Source: Planctomycetaceae bacterium
GTDB lineage: Bacteria > Planctomycetota > Planctomycetia > Pirellulales > UBA7805
Assembly: GCA_902630355.1 (NCBI GenBank)
Contig: CACOUL010000003.1
Span: forward strand, 14,284 to 78,283
Direction: 5' to 3'
DNA length: 64,000 bases
In this document: one piece after another, positions 1 to 10,445 of the stretch
How positions within the stretch are numbered: the stretch's first letter is position 1
Layout of the letters: every line of letters begins with the position of its first letter
Program-made: the position numbers and the translations under genes
The notes under the pieces: model-generated
What the model was told of the DNA's origin: nothing
The model's database searches: none
Seen by the model: the letters and a program-made list of their open reading frames with translations, nothing else

Positions 1-128
1 GGAGCCGTCACTCGAGCGGGTAAGGCGAGGTAACGGTGGCACCATTAAGATATCTCGCGGAAAAAAACATGCCGGATAACTGCTGCCCTCGCGCGGTTAC
101 CAAAGCGGTGAGCTGACGTCGATCTGTT

Positions 129-1037
129 TTACAGCCAAAGATGAAGTCGTCCATTGAGCATATCAGGCAATTTTTTTTCAACCAAATTGAGGATCGTGTT
201 TTCGTGGTATCGTGTGCTGAAATGCGAAGCGATAATCAGTTTGTTTTTGAATCTTTCGCGGCGTTCTACGATATCATCAAGGTGCAAGTGTCCGAACTTA
301 TGTATTTTTTGTCGCCGATGGTGAGGTGAAAGAAAAGTTAATTCGGTGATTAATACCTCGGCTTCAAACATTTCTGGTGAATGGTCCAGCCCTTCCGGGG
401 CACTGTCACCAAGATAGGCCAACAGCGGGCGCCGTTTTTCTTCGGAAACGTCCTGCCCCGCCAACCGTAAACTGCGAATTTCCTCACCGGTAAGCGATTG
501 ATACTGCGATTTCAGTTTTTTTCGTCTTTCCCAGACGATGAAGCCAAGCGAGGGGACCGAGTGCTTTGTTTCAACCACCGTGACCACGTGTTCACGCGAC
601 AATTCAATTTCATCACCAGGAGATGCCGCCACCAAATCGCAGGGCAATCTTCCTCGATCCATTTGAGTGAATTGTTGAAAAATCTGCTTGACGGGACTTA
701 TCAGTGACTCGGGAAGATAGATCGTGGGAGGATCCATCTTCATCATCCGTCGGCGAGCCACATAGACTGGAATCGCAGCGATATGATCCAGGTGCCCATG
801 CGACACGAACCAAGTTGCCGTTCCCATGAAAGACCAGGGTTGGGCACCTAAGTCAAAACCAATTTTGAGTTCTGGAAATCGCCAGTATGTTTGCACCGCG
901 GCGCGTGAATACCCCTCAATCGTAAGATTGTTGTACTCAAGCTTCTTTACGGGGAGATTTTCAATCATCGATTGCGGCGTCTCGGGAGAGAGAAATTCGA
1001 GGTGGCATGGCCACTTCGAGTCAGTGTAGAGTGGCAA
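129..1037 (-). CDS. MBL-fold metallo-hydrolase (RNase Z/ElaC-like)
   Basis: 302-aa ORF. It carries the HxHxDH metal motif as FVSHGHLDH, and further His residues near the C-terminus (HKFGHLH, SHFSTRYH) fit the beta-lactamase fold. The exact subfamily was not determined. Confidence 0.7.
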   Translation of the reverse strand: MPLYTDSKWPCHLEFLSPETPQSMIENLPVKKLEYNNLTIEGYSRAAVQTYWRFPELKIGFDLGAQPWSFMGTATWFVSHGHLDHIAAIPVYVARRRMMKMDPPTIYLPESLISPVKQIFQQFTQMDRGRLPCDLVAASPGDEIELSREHVVTVVETKHSVPSLGFIVWERRKKLKSQYQSLTGEEIRSLRLAGQDVSEEKRRPLLAYLGDSAPEGLDHSPEMFEAEVLITELTFLSPHHRRQKIHKFGHLHLDDIVERRERFKNKLIIASHFSTRYHENTILNLVEKKLPDMLNGRLHLWL

Positions 1038-1176
1038 TGGAACTCGTTAAAGGGGACCGTCGATGACGCGCACTGAAATGAATGCGGACTTGGTCACTCA
1101 TCTTCCTGCCATACCAGGCACGCAAACTCTCAAGAGCCATTGTGTTTCATTCGCTGCGCAAACGGAAGAACATTTT

Positions 1177-2079
1177 TTAAGACTCGTTGGCTGTGCCCGG
1201 CTTTTCGTGGTCGTATGAATCGACCGCGGTCAAGTCGAGATGATCACCGAGCGTTTCTGACGGCAATAGCCACATTTCACCAAATAAGTCCTGCTGCTCA
1301 CACTCAAGATTGTGGTGGCGGATCAACTCCAAAACAGCCAAAAAGATTCCGATCATTTGAGACTTATGCATGTTTTCTTCAAACAAATCGGAAAGTTTTA
1401 AGCGGCCTGCTTCCCGCAAATTGTTGTGAATCTGCTCCATGTACACATGAATCGGCGTATCATCGTACACGATGCTCGAAGGTTTTTGCGCCTCGCGGTC
1501 TTTAAGGATGCGACTAAACGCACTTACCAAGTCCCATAATTCCACTTCACGAATCGGTTCTGCCGCAATATCGCGGGCGCGGGGTGGAAGGTCTTGTGAT
1601 TGCCGCGAGAAATGTTGTTGCCAATCACGACTTTGATCTTCGAGAAGGCTCGCCGCGTCGCGATATTTTTTGTATTCCAACAACTGCCGAACCAGATCCT
1701 TGCGAGGGTCTTCAATCTCTCCTTGCTGTTCATCACTATTCGGTAAGACTAATCGGGATTTGATTTCCACGAGGGTACTCGCCATCTCGAGAAAATCGCC
1801 CACCCGATTCACATCAATTTGCTCGAGTACCTCAAGATGACCGATAAATTGTTCGGCAATGGTGGCGATGGGAATATCGGTAATCTCAACCTCGTGTTTG
1901 CGGACCAGATAAAGCAAAAGATCGAGTGGCCCACGGAAAATATCGAGGTCAACGCTAAAGGCCATGGCGGTGAATTCTCCAAAGTCGTTCGCCGCAGCGG
2001 ACACTGGAATTTCAGTTACCGGGCAACCACCGGTTGGGGGTGGTGCCACAGTAATTGGTGTGCAACCATATTGTTTCAT
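1177..2079 (-). CDS. scpA: segregation and condensation protein A (kleisin ScpA)
   Basis: Contains the ScpA N-terminal signature FSVDLDIFRGPLDLLLYLVRKHEVEITDIPIATIAEQF, and the remainder is collinear with ScpA. The true start may be the internal Met just before AFSVDLD. Confidence 0.85.
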   Translation of the reverse strand: MKQYGCTPITVAPPPTGGCPVTEIPVSAAANDFGEFTAMAFSVDLDIFRGPLDLLLYLVRKHEVEITDIPIATIAEQFIGHLEVLEQIDVNRVGDFLEMASTLVEIKSRLVLPNSDEQQGEIEDPRKDLVRQLLEYKKYRDAASLLEDQSRDWQQHFSRQSQDLPPRARDIAAEPIREVELWDLVSAFSRILKDREAQKPSSIVYDDTPIHVYMEQIHNNLREAGRLKLSDLFEENMHKSQMIGIFLAVLELIRHHNLECEQQDLFGEMWLLPSETLGDHLDLTAVDSYDHEKPGTANES

Positions 2080-2240
2080 TAGGAGACCACAGAATTATTT
2101 TCCGCGTCTCACGAATCAGTATATCCACAAAAGTCTGCGCGAGCATTAGCAAAATATGACGCTTTGAACCGGAAACCGGCTCATTTAGATCCTGCGGTCT
2201 TCCGGATTGCGCTGGCCATAAACGCTCATGTTCCGCTCGA

Positions 2241-3401
2241 TTGCCCATCGTTTTGAGAGGAAAGAGAGTGTCCGAAAAAAGTGACCAACCTTTTTGCGGT
2301 TCTCAGTCGATAGCAGAACGTGAACGGCTGCTGATCGAGCCTTATGCGGTACATAGCACTCATACGAAGGGCCGTAAGTACCCTGAGGCCAAGCAGGAAT
2401 ATAGAGGCCCGTTCCAAAGGGATCGCGACCGCATTATTCATACGGCGGCGTACAGGCGACTCAGTCACAAAACTCAAGTCTTTACCAATGAGGCAGGCGA
2501 TTATCATCGTAACCGTCTCACTCACACGCTCGAGGTATGTTCGATCGCCCGCACGATTGCCCGAGCGCTGCGGATTAACGAGGATTTGGTTGAGGCGATG
2601 GCGCTGATGCATGACCTCGGTCACCCGCCCTTTGGACACTCCGGTGAGGATGTTTTGGCAGAGTGCCTTGAAAACGAAGGTGGATTTTCTCACAACCAGC
2701 ATGCATTGCGGATTGTGGAAGTTTTAGAGACAAGATATCCCGGATTTCCGGGGCTCAATTTAAGCCGTGAAACTTTAGAGGGGCAGCAGTACCGCGCCGC
2801 AAAGCACAACGAAACACACAGTCCGTCCCTCGAAGCCCAAGTGGTAGACGCTGCCGATAGCATCGCTTACGACAGTCATGATGCGGACGACGCGTTGGAA
2901 CTCGGACTTTTAGACGTTGAGCAGCTACAAGAAATTCCTATTTGGCAGCGGGCGATGAAGAAGGTGAATGAAGGTGACGATTTGTCTCCGACGGCGATGA
3001 GAAGGGCGGTTGTCCACGAACTCATCGATAAACAGGTCGAAGACCTACTGCATACGTCTGCTTCCAACATTCAAAAGCATCAACCGGAGTCCGCTGAGGA
3101 AGTAAAGACACTCAGTCCGCTCGTTGGTCACAGTGAAAGCATCGCGGCTCAGAAAAAGGAACTCGAGTCATTTTTATTGCGAAAGGTTTACAGGCATGCG
3201 AGTGTGATGGAAGTGCGCGATAATGCACAACAGGCACTCCGCGAATTGTTTCAGTCGCTGCAAAATAATCCGGATCTTCTACCACCAAGCTTTAAGGGTC
3301 GAGCCGACGAAATGGGGCTCCGTCGCACGATTTGCGATTACTTGGCCGGTATGACAGATCGTTTTACCTGGCGCGAGCATGCACGACTCTGTGGCAACTA
3401 G
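2241..3401 (+). CDS. dgt: dGTP triphosphohydrolase-like HD-domain protein
   Basis: HD-domain motifs RLTHTLEV and MHDLGHPPFGHSGE are present. A C-terminal DYLAGMTDRF motif is typical of the dGTPase family. The ORF begins with TTG, so the start is uncertain. Confidence 0.85.
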   Translation: MPIVLRGKRVSEKSDQPFCGSQSIAERERLLIEPYAVHSTHTKGRKYPEAKQEYRGPFQRDRDRIIHTAAYRRLSHKTQVFTNEAGDYHRNRLTHTLEVCSIARTIARALRINEDLVEAMALMHDLGHPPFGHSGEDVLAECLENEGGFSHNQHALRIVEVLETRYPGFPGLNLSRETLEGQQYRAAKHNETHSPSLEAQVVDAADSIAYDSHDADDALELGLLDVEQLQEIPIWQRAMKKVNEGDDLSPTAMRRAVVHELIDKQVEDLLHTSASNIQKHQPESAEEVKTLSPLVGHSESIAAQKKELESFLLRKVYRHASVMEVRDNAQQALRELFQSLQNNPDLLPPSFKGRADEMGLRRTICDYLAGMTDRFTWREHARLCGN

Positions 3402-3411
3402 AGGAAATCGG

Positions 3412-3447
3412 TCAGGACTGGTCAGTCTATCAGGACTGGTCAGTCTA
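3412..3447. repeat. perfect 18-bp tandem duplication (TCAGGACTGGTCAGTCTA x2)
   Basis: Read directly from the sequence. Unit 1 is 3412-3429 and unit 2 is 3430-3447, with no mismatch. The repeat starts 11 nt after the dgt-like stop codon. Confidence 0.95.
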
Positions 3448-3580
3448 ATGGGGGCTCCTTAGAATGAGGCATGCGTCTCGTCACGGAAACAGTGGCTTTA
3501 GGGGCTGAGCGGTGTTGAAGTCTCTCTGATCATGAGCAGTATCTGCTTATGAGGGTAAATTAGTCTGGCGAAGGATAGTT

Positions 3581-4612
3581 GTGAGTAAGTATCGAAGCGA
3601 AGCGTTAACGATCTTATTCGTACGTTGCATCTTCATACTCGTGGCCGCCGGTCTCGGGGTACAGATGATTCGCACGGAGGGTATACGTGATCAGCCGGTT
3701 TGGATTCTCTGGTTGACTTTCGCGATCGTTATGCTTGCTGCGATCGGGACCATCGCAATCGATGTGCTCTTCAAACACAAGCGACTCGACGTGATCACGG
3801 CCATCTATTTCGGCCTGATCATCGGGCTTTTTCTGACCTACATTCTTCGACTCGCGCTCGCTTCGGTGTTGACCGAACAAACAGCGATCGTGCAAGTTGC
3901 GGGTCTTATCTTCGGAATGTGTATTTGTTACGGCTGCATTAGTGTACTCATGCAAACCAAAGATGATTTTCGCTTTATCATTCCCTACGTTGAGTTCAGC
4001 CGCGAGATTAAAGGTGCCAGGCCCTATGTTTTGGACACGAGCGCAGTGATCGATGGTCGCATTGCCGATCTTGTGAACGCGCATGTGTTCGATAGTCAAC
4101 TCGTGATGCCCCGATTCGTCATTAAGGAATTACAGGCGATTGCCGACAGCTCAGATCGTCTGCGAAGGATGCGGGGCCGACGGGGCCTCGATATTCTCAA
4201 TGGTCTACGGAATAACGACGAAATCGACTTGAAAATTTTCGACCACGAAGATCCGGAGTGGTCCAATCAGCCGGTCGATATCAAGCTGGTGTTCTTGGCA
4301 AAAGAGCTTGATGGAAGAATCGTAACAAACGACTACAACCTGAACAAAGTTGCCAAGTTGCATGATGTGGCGGCAATTAACTTGAACGACATTGCAAATG
4401 CTCTCAAGCCGCAATTTCTTCCTGGAGAGAGCATTGAGGTCAAGGTTATCAAGCCGGGAGAGGAGAGTGGCCAGGGAGTGGCCTATCTGGAAGATGGCAC
4501 GATGATTGTGATTGAGGGCGGTCGGGAACACATCAATCAAATAATCCACATCACAGTGACGAGCGTGTTGCAAACAAGCGCAGGCCGAATGGTTTTTGGA
4601 AAAGTGGATTAG
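3581..4612 (+). CDS. membrane-anchored PIN/TRAM domain protein (YacL-like)
   Basis: The N-terminus has about four hydrophobic helices. A PIN-like core follows (YVLDTSAVIDGRI ... IVTNDYNLNKVA). The C-terminus is TRAM-like (GESIEVKVIKPGEESGQGVAYLEDGTMIVIEGG ... VTSVLQTSAGRMVFGK). The ORF starts with GTG. Confidence 0.75.
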   Translation: MSKYRSEALTILFVRCIFILVAAGLGVQMIRTEGIRDQPVWILWLTFAIVMLAAIGTIAIDVLFKHKRLDVITAIYFGLIIGLFLTYILRLALASVLTEQTAIVQVAGLIFGMCICYGCISVLMQTKDDFRFIIPYVEFSREIKGARPYVLDTSAVIDGRIADLVNAHVFDSQLVMPRFVIKELQAIADSSDRLRRMRGRRGLDILNGLRNNDEIDLKIFDHEDPEWSNQPVDIKLVFLAKELDGRIVTNDYNLNKVAKLHDVAAINLNDIANALKPQFLPGESIEVKVIKPGEESGQGVAYLEDGTMIVIEGGREHINQIIHITVTSVLQTSAGRMVFGKVD

Positions 4613-4655
4613 TTGCGACGGTGCTCTCAAGTTGTATTTGAACCATTGTCTGCTT

Positions 4656-5189
4656 TCATCCTGCCCCCGACTGTCCTGCTGGTGCGACACCTGTGGCACT
4701 CTGGCGCAAATGAATGAGTGATGCATCGCGGGTCTCGGTCTCTAACAGCACAACGGTTGGATCATTGAATGTCCAACCACTCGTTTCGCCCGGATTGATG
4801 AAAAGCCTTCCTTTTGCGTCCCGGGAGATAAGTGGCTTATGCGAATGCGCATAGACCCCTACGTCAAAATCGCCTTCAAGGCCCCGCATCTGTCTTTCCA
4901 TGTGCGCAAGAAGAAACCGCGTTCCGTCTGTCGCGACGTAACTCATGGGCGGTTCTCCGAGGACCCCGACGATTCGCATTCCGGCAAGCAGGCCCGGTTT
5001 GTTTCCCTCATTATCGCCGAAGCAGGCCACCAGGGGACAATTGAGTTGGCGGAGCGGGGGGATGGCAAACGTTGAAACGAGATCCCCGGCGAATATCACA
5101 GCCTCGCACTGCGAATCGTTAAAAACGGTGACAGCGCTGCGTATGTGGTCCAGGTGATCGTGACTATCTGCGAATATACCGATACGCAT
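4656..5189 (-). CDS. YfcE/MJ0936-family metallophosphoesterase
   Basis: Calcineurin-like motifs are present in order: MRIGIFADSHDH, FAGDLV, GDNEGN and YAHSHKP. Confidence 0.8.
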   Translation of the reverse strand: MRIGIFADSHDHLDHIRSAVTVFNDSQCEAVIFAGDLVSTFAIPPLRQLNCPLVACFGDNEGNKPGLLAGMRIVGVLGEPPMSYVATDGTRFLLAHMERQMRGLEGDFDVGVYAHSHKPLISRDAKGRLFINPGETSGWTFNDPTVVLLETETRDASLIHLRQSATGVAPAGQSGAG

Positions 5190-5220
5190 GGGTTATTGAG
5201 GGCAAAAGATTATTGGATGG

Positions 5221-7188
5221 TCACATCTTTTCGACCACATCGATACCGAGAAGCGAGAGCCCCGTTTTTAGGGTTTTGGCGGTAAGGGTACACAAGAGAA
5301 TTCTTTGTTCCCGAACATCCGATGTCTCGGCTTTAAGTACCGGACACTGCTCGAAGAAATGAGAAAAACTTTTTGCCAACTCCTCGAAAAGGTAATGCGT
5401 TAAATGATTGGGTCGATAATCGGCTTCAACCAGCGTCAGTGCTTCTGCAAATCGAAGGATTGCCAGGCCGAGTTGCCGCTCAGCAGAATGTTCCATTCCG
5501 ATTACAGTCTGCGAATTTTGTAACGCGCTTAAATCGATGTCCGCTTTACGAAGGATACTTCGAATGCGCGCATAGGCATACTGGAGATAGGTTGCCGTAT
5601 TGCCGTTGAGTGCGAGCATCTTGTCGTAGCTGAAAACGTAGTCGCTCTCCCGGTTTTGCGAAAGATCGGCATACTTCAGTGCGCCAATTCCGATAACTTC
5701 CGCAATGGACCGATTAGCCGACTCATCCGACTCCGCATTATTTTCTTCGGCAACCAACGCAGCACGTCGTACGGCTTCGTCCAGCAGGCTTTCCAGACCA
5801 ACCGTCGAACCCGAGCGAGTCTTGAACGGACGACCATCTTCCCCCAGCACGGTCCCGAACTTGATGTGACACAGCTTAACCGGGCCCCAATCCATTTTGG
5901 TGATTGCGGAAAAGAGTTGCTCGAAGTGGAGGCTCTGGCGATGGTCGACCACATAGAGGATCACATCGGGATGCCATGTTCCGATGCGGTAGTTGATCGT
6001 TGCCAGATCGGTCGTCGCATACAGAAAGGCCCCATCTTTTTTCTGAACGATCATCGGCACATCGTGGTCGTCTGAAAATATGCAAACCGCACCATCGCTC
6101 TCCTCAGCAATTCCCCGCTCCTTGAGATCGCTTACCAGTGGCGCAAGCTGCTCCTGATAAAAGCTTTCGCCAAGGGTATGATCAAAAGAGATGTCGAGTC
6201 GCTGGTAGATGCGATTCAACTCCGCCAGCGCAAGCGGCATAAACTGATCCCACAACTCCCGGTTCTTTCGATCTGCCGCGTGGAGTTTGGCCGTTTCTTG
6301 CAGGACATCGCGTTCAATGTGAGGATGCTCGGCAGTCAGCGGTCCCATGGTCGGATCGTCTTGTACCGCGCGGACCTGGAGTTCGGCATTCTCCACTTCT
6401 GCCCGCACATCACGAATCTGGTTTTCCAGTCGTTTGAGTTGTTTCCGCTGCGACTTGCTGCGTTCCGCCTCGGCGGTCTCTTTGCAAAATGTCTCACGCT
6501 CCGCTTCTAATTCAGTCTGTCTCTTTTGCAACTCCGGGATTTGCCGAAGGTAACGATGGTGCTGCACAAGTCGGTTGACTTGCTGATAGAGTCGCGAGAG
6601 TTCCGCAACCGGATTCTCCTGATAAGCAGCCTTTTGCAAAAAGTGCTTGTAGCCGTAAATGATCATTCCAAACTGGGTTCCCCAATCGCCAATATGATTA
6701 TCGGTAATCACTTGGTGTCCGAGGAATCTGAGAATTTTTGCCAACGCATCTCCAATAACGGTGGAGCGGATATGTCCGACATGCATTGGTTTCGCAACGT
6801 TGGGGGCAGAATAATCGATCACAAATGTAAGAGGTCGACACGTTTGCTCGACCCCCAGGCGGTCACTCAACAGTGCCTCATGGAGAAGCGACGCCAACCG
6901 GTCGGTGCGCAGCGTCAAGTTAATGAACCCTGGGCCGGCAACTTCACTCTTCTCGCAAAGGTCATCAAGCTCAACGCTCCCGATCAACATCGCGGCAATC
7001 TCTTGAGGCGATTGCTTCAATACTTTGGAGAGTGGCATTGCGCAATTGGCTTGGTAATCACCGAAGCGCGGGTCCTGACTCGGCTTGATCATCTCGAGAA
7101 AGGGGCCGACGTCATCGAGAGGAAGGCGCTCCAATGCGGGACGAAATCGCTGGCGGATTGCATGTAAAATATTCATCGCTTGTGACAT
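5221..7188 (-). CDS. argS: arginine--tRNA ligase
   Basis: Class I HIGH-type motif PMHVGHIRSTVIGDALAKILRFLGHQV and DNHIGDWGTQFG are present, and a DALR-type anticodon-binding region forms the C-terminus. The ORF extends to 7224, but internal ATGs at 7188 (MSQAMNILHAI) or 7176 (MNILHAI) fit the usual N-terminus better. The protein also contains an extra coiled-coil segment (see findings). Confidence 0.9.
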   Translation of the reverse strand: MSQAMNILHAIRQRFRPALERLPLDDVGPFLEMIKPSQDPRFGDYQANCAMPLSKVLKQSPQEIAAMLIGSVELDDLCEKSEVAGPGFINLTLRTDRLASLLHEALLSDRLGVEQTCRPLTFVIDYSAPNVAKPMHVGHIRSTVIGDALAKILRFLGHQVITDNHIGDWGTQFGMIIYGYKHFLQKAAYQENPVAELSRLYQQVNRLVQHHRYLRQIPELQKRQTELEAERETFCKETAEAERSKSQRKQLKRLENQIRDVRAEVENAELQVRAVQDDPTMGPLTAEHPHIERDVLQETAKLHAADRKNRELWDQFMPLALAELNRIYQRLDISFDHTLGESFYQEQLAPLVSDLKERGIAEESDGAVCIFSDDHDVPMIVQKKDGAFLYATTDLATINYRIGTWHPDVILYVVDHRQSLHFEQLFSAITKMDWGPVKLCHIKFGTVLGEDGRPFKTRSGSTVGLESLLDEAVRRAALVAEENNAESDESANRSIAEVIGIGALKYADLSQNRESDYVFSYDKMLALNGNTATYLQYAYARIRSILRKADIDLSALQNSQTVIGMEHSAERQLGLAILRFAEALTLVEADYRPNHLTHYLFEELAKSFSHFFEQCPVLKAETSDVREQRILLCTLTAKTLKTGLSLLGIDVVEKM

Positions 7189-7239
7189 ACCATACTTCGG
7201 CCACCGACGAGCGTAGCCATGCAATGGCGATAACCGGTC

Positions 7240-7674
7240 CTAGGTTTCTTCTTGCAAGCGAACAATGTCATCCGGCAACTCCACATGTGGCGCGCCTGCC
7301 CATAGTTCTTCGAGTGCATAAAATTTTCGCATTTCAGGGTCGAAGAGATGAATCACCACAGTCCCGTAGTCGAGGAGGATCCAGCGACTCTCTCGATAGC
7401 CCTCGATGCCGGATCGGTGATCCTGCAAATCATCCTCCAGCTTGTGATCGATTTCCTCGCTCATGGCATGGAGTTGCCGGCGGCTTGTTCCGGTCGCCAC
7501 AACAAAATAATCGAAAATGGGGGTCAATTCCCGCATATCGAGAACAACCACATCACGGCCGTTGTTTTCCGCTGCCACGCGTGCCGCGGCGAGGGCCAAC
7601 TTCAGACTGCGAGGCGCCTGATCCGTTGGGTCAGAAGTGGTTGGCGGAGGAGAATTCAAAGTATCGAGGCACAC
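7240..7674 (-). CDS. rsfS: ribosome silencing factor RsfS
   Basis: Motifs VVVLDMRELTPIFDYFVVATGTSRRQLHAMSEEI and WILLDYGTVVIHLFDPEMRKFYALEELW match the RsfS/iojap family pattern. Confidence 0.85.
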   Translation of the reverse strand: MCLDTLNSPPPTTSDPTDQAPRSLKLALAAARVAAENNGRDVVVLDMRELTPIFDYFVVATGTSRRQLHAMSEEIDHKLEDDLQDHRSGIEGYRESRWILLDYGTVVIHLFDPEMRKFYALEELWAGAPHVELPDDIVRLQEET

Positions 7675-7820
7675 GTTGCATGGGACTGAAGTGGAAACAC
7701 GACGCTATTCTAACGCTCCCACGCATTTTCTGTTAGCTGGTAGAAGCGCGAGCGCATCGAGACACGCATTTCCTAACGGAAATCCAATGGCTCGCGTATC
7801 CCGGGATCTTTTTCTGAGGT

Positions 7821-10445
7821 CTAAAAAATACCCAGGGCCATCAGGCTATACCGTACCACAAGCCCAGCAGCCACCACGCTGACCATACTCATCAGCTTGA
7901 TGAGGATGTTGAGGCTCGGGCCGCTGGTATCCTTGAACGGATCGCCCACGGTGTCTCCCACGACGGCTGCCTTGTGAGCTTCGGTTCCCTTACCTCCATG
8001 AGCACCTGCCTCGATGTATTTCTTGGCATTGTCCCAGGCACCACCGGCGTTCGACATATAGATTGCCACACAGAAACCACAGGTGAGCGTACCGACTAAC
8101 AAGCCCATCACGCCACCAACACCCAGGAGCAGGCCCACCGCCAACGGTGTGACCAAACCGAGCAGTGATGGAAGAATCATTTCCTTTTGTGCGGCCTTGG
8201 TGCTAATCGCAACCGGCGCCGCATAATCGGGCTTGCTAGTCCGATCCATGATTCCGGGATTTTCACGAAATTGTCGCCGGACCTCTTCGACCATACCTTT
8301 AGCAGCACGCCCTACCGCCTTCATCGTCATTGCACAGAAGACAAAGGTCGCCATCGCCCCCAAGAAAACGCCGATCAGAACCTTGGGATTCATCAATGAA
8401 GCGTCGTAGTAGCGGGTAAAGTCGGGAAGTGTTGCCGTGGATCGAGGAGCAATACTGAGCCGATGATCTTTGTACATCAATGCGCGTTCTTCCGGGTCGT
8501 ATTGAATATCGCCATCCGGGATTTTGGATCCCAGTTCGACTTCAGTCCAAATATCTTCTCGTGCACCATCTAGAATCAACAAACCTTCAGTTTCGTAATC
8601 GTATTCTCTCTCTTTCTCTTCTTCCGTCGGAACATGGGCAACAAACTGAGGAGTTAATTTGTAAAACCCTGGGGCCTCATCATATTTTTCGACAACCGCC
8701 TCTTCCATGTGCTCGAATCCTACGCGAACCTCCTCGACATACGCTGCCAGGAGGGCCAAGGCGGTGAGAGCAGCCGAACCGATGGCAAAACCCTTACCGG
8801 TTGCAGCAGTGGTGTTCCCGAGGCTGTCAAGCGCATCGGTTCTTTCGCGAACGATCGGCTCGAGTTCTGACATTTCCGCGTTACCGCCTGCGTTATCCGC
8901 AATCGGACCATAGGCATCGGTGGCCAAGGTAATTCCCAGGGTGCTGAGCATTCCGACGGCCGCAATCCCGACCCCATAGAGGCCGAGGGCAAAATATTGG
9001 AGGTCTTGTAATTTTGTGAGATCGCCGATGGCACAGGCAAATGCGGCGAGGGTTGCAATGCAGACCACAATGACGGGAACCCATACACTTTTCATTCCCT
9101 CGGCCACTCCACCGATAATCAGCGTCGCCGGCCCGGTGACCGCTTGGTCGGCCAGATCTTGGGTCGGTTTAAACTCGTCGCTCGTGGAGTATTCAGTCCA
9201 CTTGCCGATAATCCATCCGGCAAGAAGTCCTACCACGACGCTAATGGAAACGGTCCAGAATTCTCGACCCAAGAGCCAATAGGTAAGCCCAAAAGCGGCG
9301 AATATGACTAAAAATGTGGAAGTGTTGATGCCGCGTCCGAGTGCTTTTAGCAGTACGGATTGGCTTGCTTTATCTTCGGTTCGTACCAGATAAATACCTA
9401 AGATCGAAAGCAGGATACCAACGGCCGCGATGGCAATCGGTAAAAAGAGTGCTGACATTTGGAAGTAGCCAATATCCGATGGTGAAGGTCGTCCCGCGAA
9501 CCGATCGCTGATGATCGTTCCGCTCGAAAACGCAGCCACACCAAGTGCAGCGGTGGCGAGAATGCTTCCGCAGTAGGACTCGTAGAGATCGGCTCCCATG
9601 CCGGCCACATCGCCCACATTGTCACCCACGTTATCGGCGATCGTCGCCGGATTACGCGCATCATCTTCCGGGATGCCCTGCTCGACCTTACCGACCAGGT
9701 CGGCACCCACATCGGCTGCCTTGGTGAAGATGCCGCCCCCGACGCGGGCAAAGAGTGCCTGGGCACTGGCACCCATACCGAAGCAGAGCATCGTTACCGT
9801 AATCACCTCAAGGCTGATCGGTTCGAAACCAAATTGAGGAACGAGCCAATGCAAAACGAGAAACCAGATGGTGATATCAAGCAACCCCAAGCCGACCACG
9901 GTCAGCCCCATCACCGCCCCACTGCGGAATGCTACTTGCAATCCTTGGTTCAGCGACTTCTGAGCACCCGCCGCCGTACGGCTACTAGCCCAGGTTGCCG
10001 TTTTCATGCCGTACCAACCAGCAAGGCCGGAGAAGAATCCACCCGTGATGAACGCAAAAGGAACCCACTTGCTTTGGACCCCCAGACCATAGGCGGCAAT
10101 CGCCAAGAGGATAAAGATCACCACAAAGAATATCGCGACAACCTTATATTGCTGGGTAAGGTATGCGTTCGCTCCCTCGCGAACGTAGCCTGCAATCTCA
10201 ACCATCCGTTCATTGCCTTCATCCGCTGCCTTCATCTTCTTAAAAAACACATAGGCTTGGACAAGCGCGATGATGGAACAGACAAAAGCGATTCCCCAGA
10301 CAAGTTTAAATTGCGGATCATTTTCATCGAATCCAATCCCAGGGTCCTGCGCCGCGGCAACGGCGGGATTGATAAGTAAAAACGCGAACAGCAATAAGAG
10401 CAGGAGGCGGTTGCCGGTAACATCCAGAAGGCGACTCAAAGACAT
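7821..10445 (-). CDS. hppA: membrane-bound pyrophosphate-energised cation pump (M-PPase)
   Basis: Signature motifs are [55 protein letters not shown] and [23 protein letters not shown], in a protein with many TM helices. GNTTAA (Ala rather than Lys) is the K-dependent-type signature by established family knowledge. At 874 aa it is unusually long (see findings). Confidence 0.92.
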   Translation of the reverse strand: MSLSRLLDVTGNRLLLLLLFAFLLINPAVAAAQDPGIGFDENDPQFKLVWGIAFVCSIIALVQAYVFFKKMKAADEGNERMVEIAGYVREGANAYLTQQYKVVAIFFVVIFILLAIAAYGLGVQSKWVPFAFITGGFFSGLAGWYGMKTATWASSRTAAGAQKSLNQGLQVAFRSGAVMGLTVVGLGLLDITIWFLVLHWLVPQFGFEPISLEVITVTMLCFGMGASAQALFARVGGGIFTKAADVGADLVGKVEQGIPEDDARNPATIADNVGDNVGDVAGMGADLYESYCGSILATAALGVAAFSSGTIISDRFAGRPSPSDIGYFQMSALFLPIAIAAVGILLSILGIYLVRTEDKASQSVLLKALGRGINTSTFLVIFAAFGLTYWLLGREFWTVSISVVVGLLAGWIIGKWTEYSTSDEFKPTQDLADQAVTGPATLIIGGVAEGMKSVWVPVIVVCIATLAAFACAIGDLTKLQDLQYFALGLYGVGIAAVGMLSTLGITLATDAYGPIADNAGGNAEMSELEPIVRERTDALDSLGNTTAATGKGFAIGSAALTALALLAAYVEEVRVGFEHMEEAVVEKYDEAPGFYKLTPQFVAHVPTEEEKEREYDYETEGLLILDGAREDIWTEVELGSKIPDGDIQYDPEERALMYKDHRLSIAPRSTATLPDFTRYYDASLMNPKVLIGVFLGAMATFVFCAMTMKAVGRAAKGMVEEVRRQFRENPGIMDRTSKPDYAAPVAISTKAAQKEMILPSLLGLVTPLAVGLLLGVGGVMGLLVGTLTCGFCVAIYMSNAGGAWDNAKKYIEAGAHGGKGTEAHKAAVVGDTVGDPFKDTSGPSLNILIKLMSMVSVVAAGLVVRYSLMALGIF

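Noticed and set aside
1-128. A possible gene fragment at the left edge of the window.
   Set aside because: No reading frame with recognisable content can be supported from 128 nt. A short minus-strand ATG frame at position 71 terminates after 20 codons.
2241-3401. The dGTPase-like gene as a possible anti-phage dNTP-depletion defence gene.
   Set aside because: The flanking genes are housekeeping (scpA, the PIN/TRAM gene, argS). There are no mobile-element or defence-island hallmarks, and the protein looks like the common chromosomal dgt-like family. No evidence supports a defence role here.
3581-4612. The PIN domain as the toxin of a toxin-antitoxin pair.
   Set aside because: There is no small upstream or downstream antitoxin ORF. 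The TM + PIN + TRAM architecture matches the conserved YacL-type housekeeping family rather than VapC toxins.
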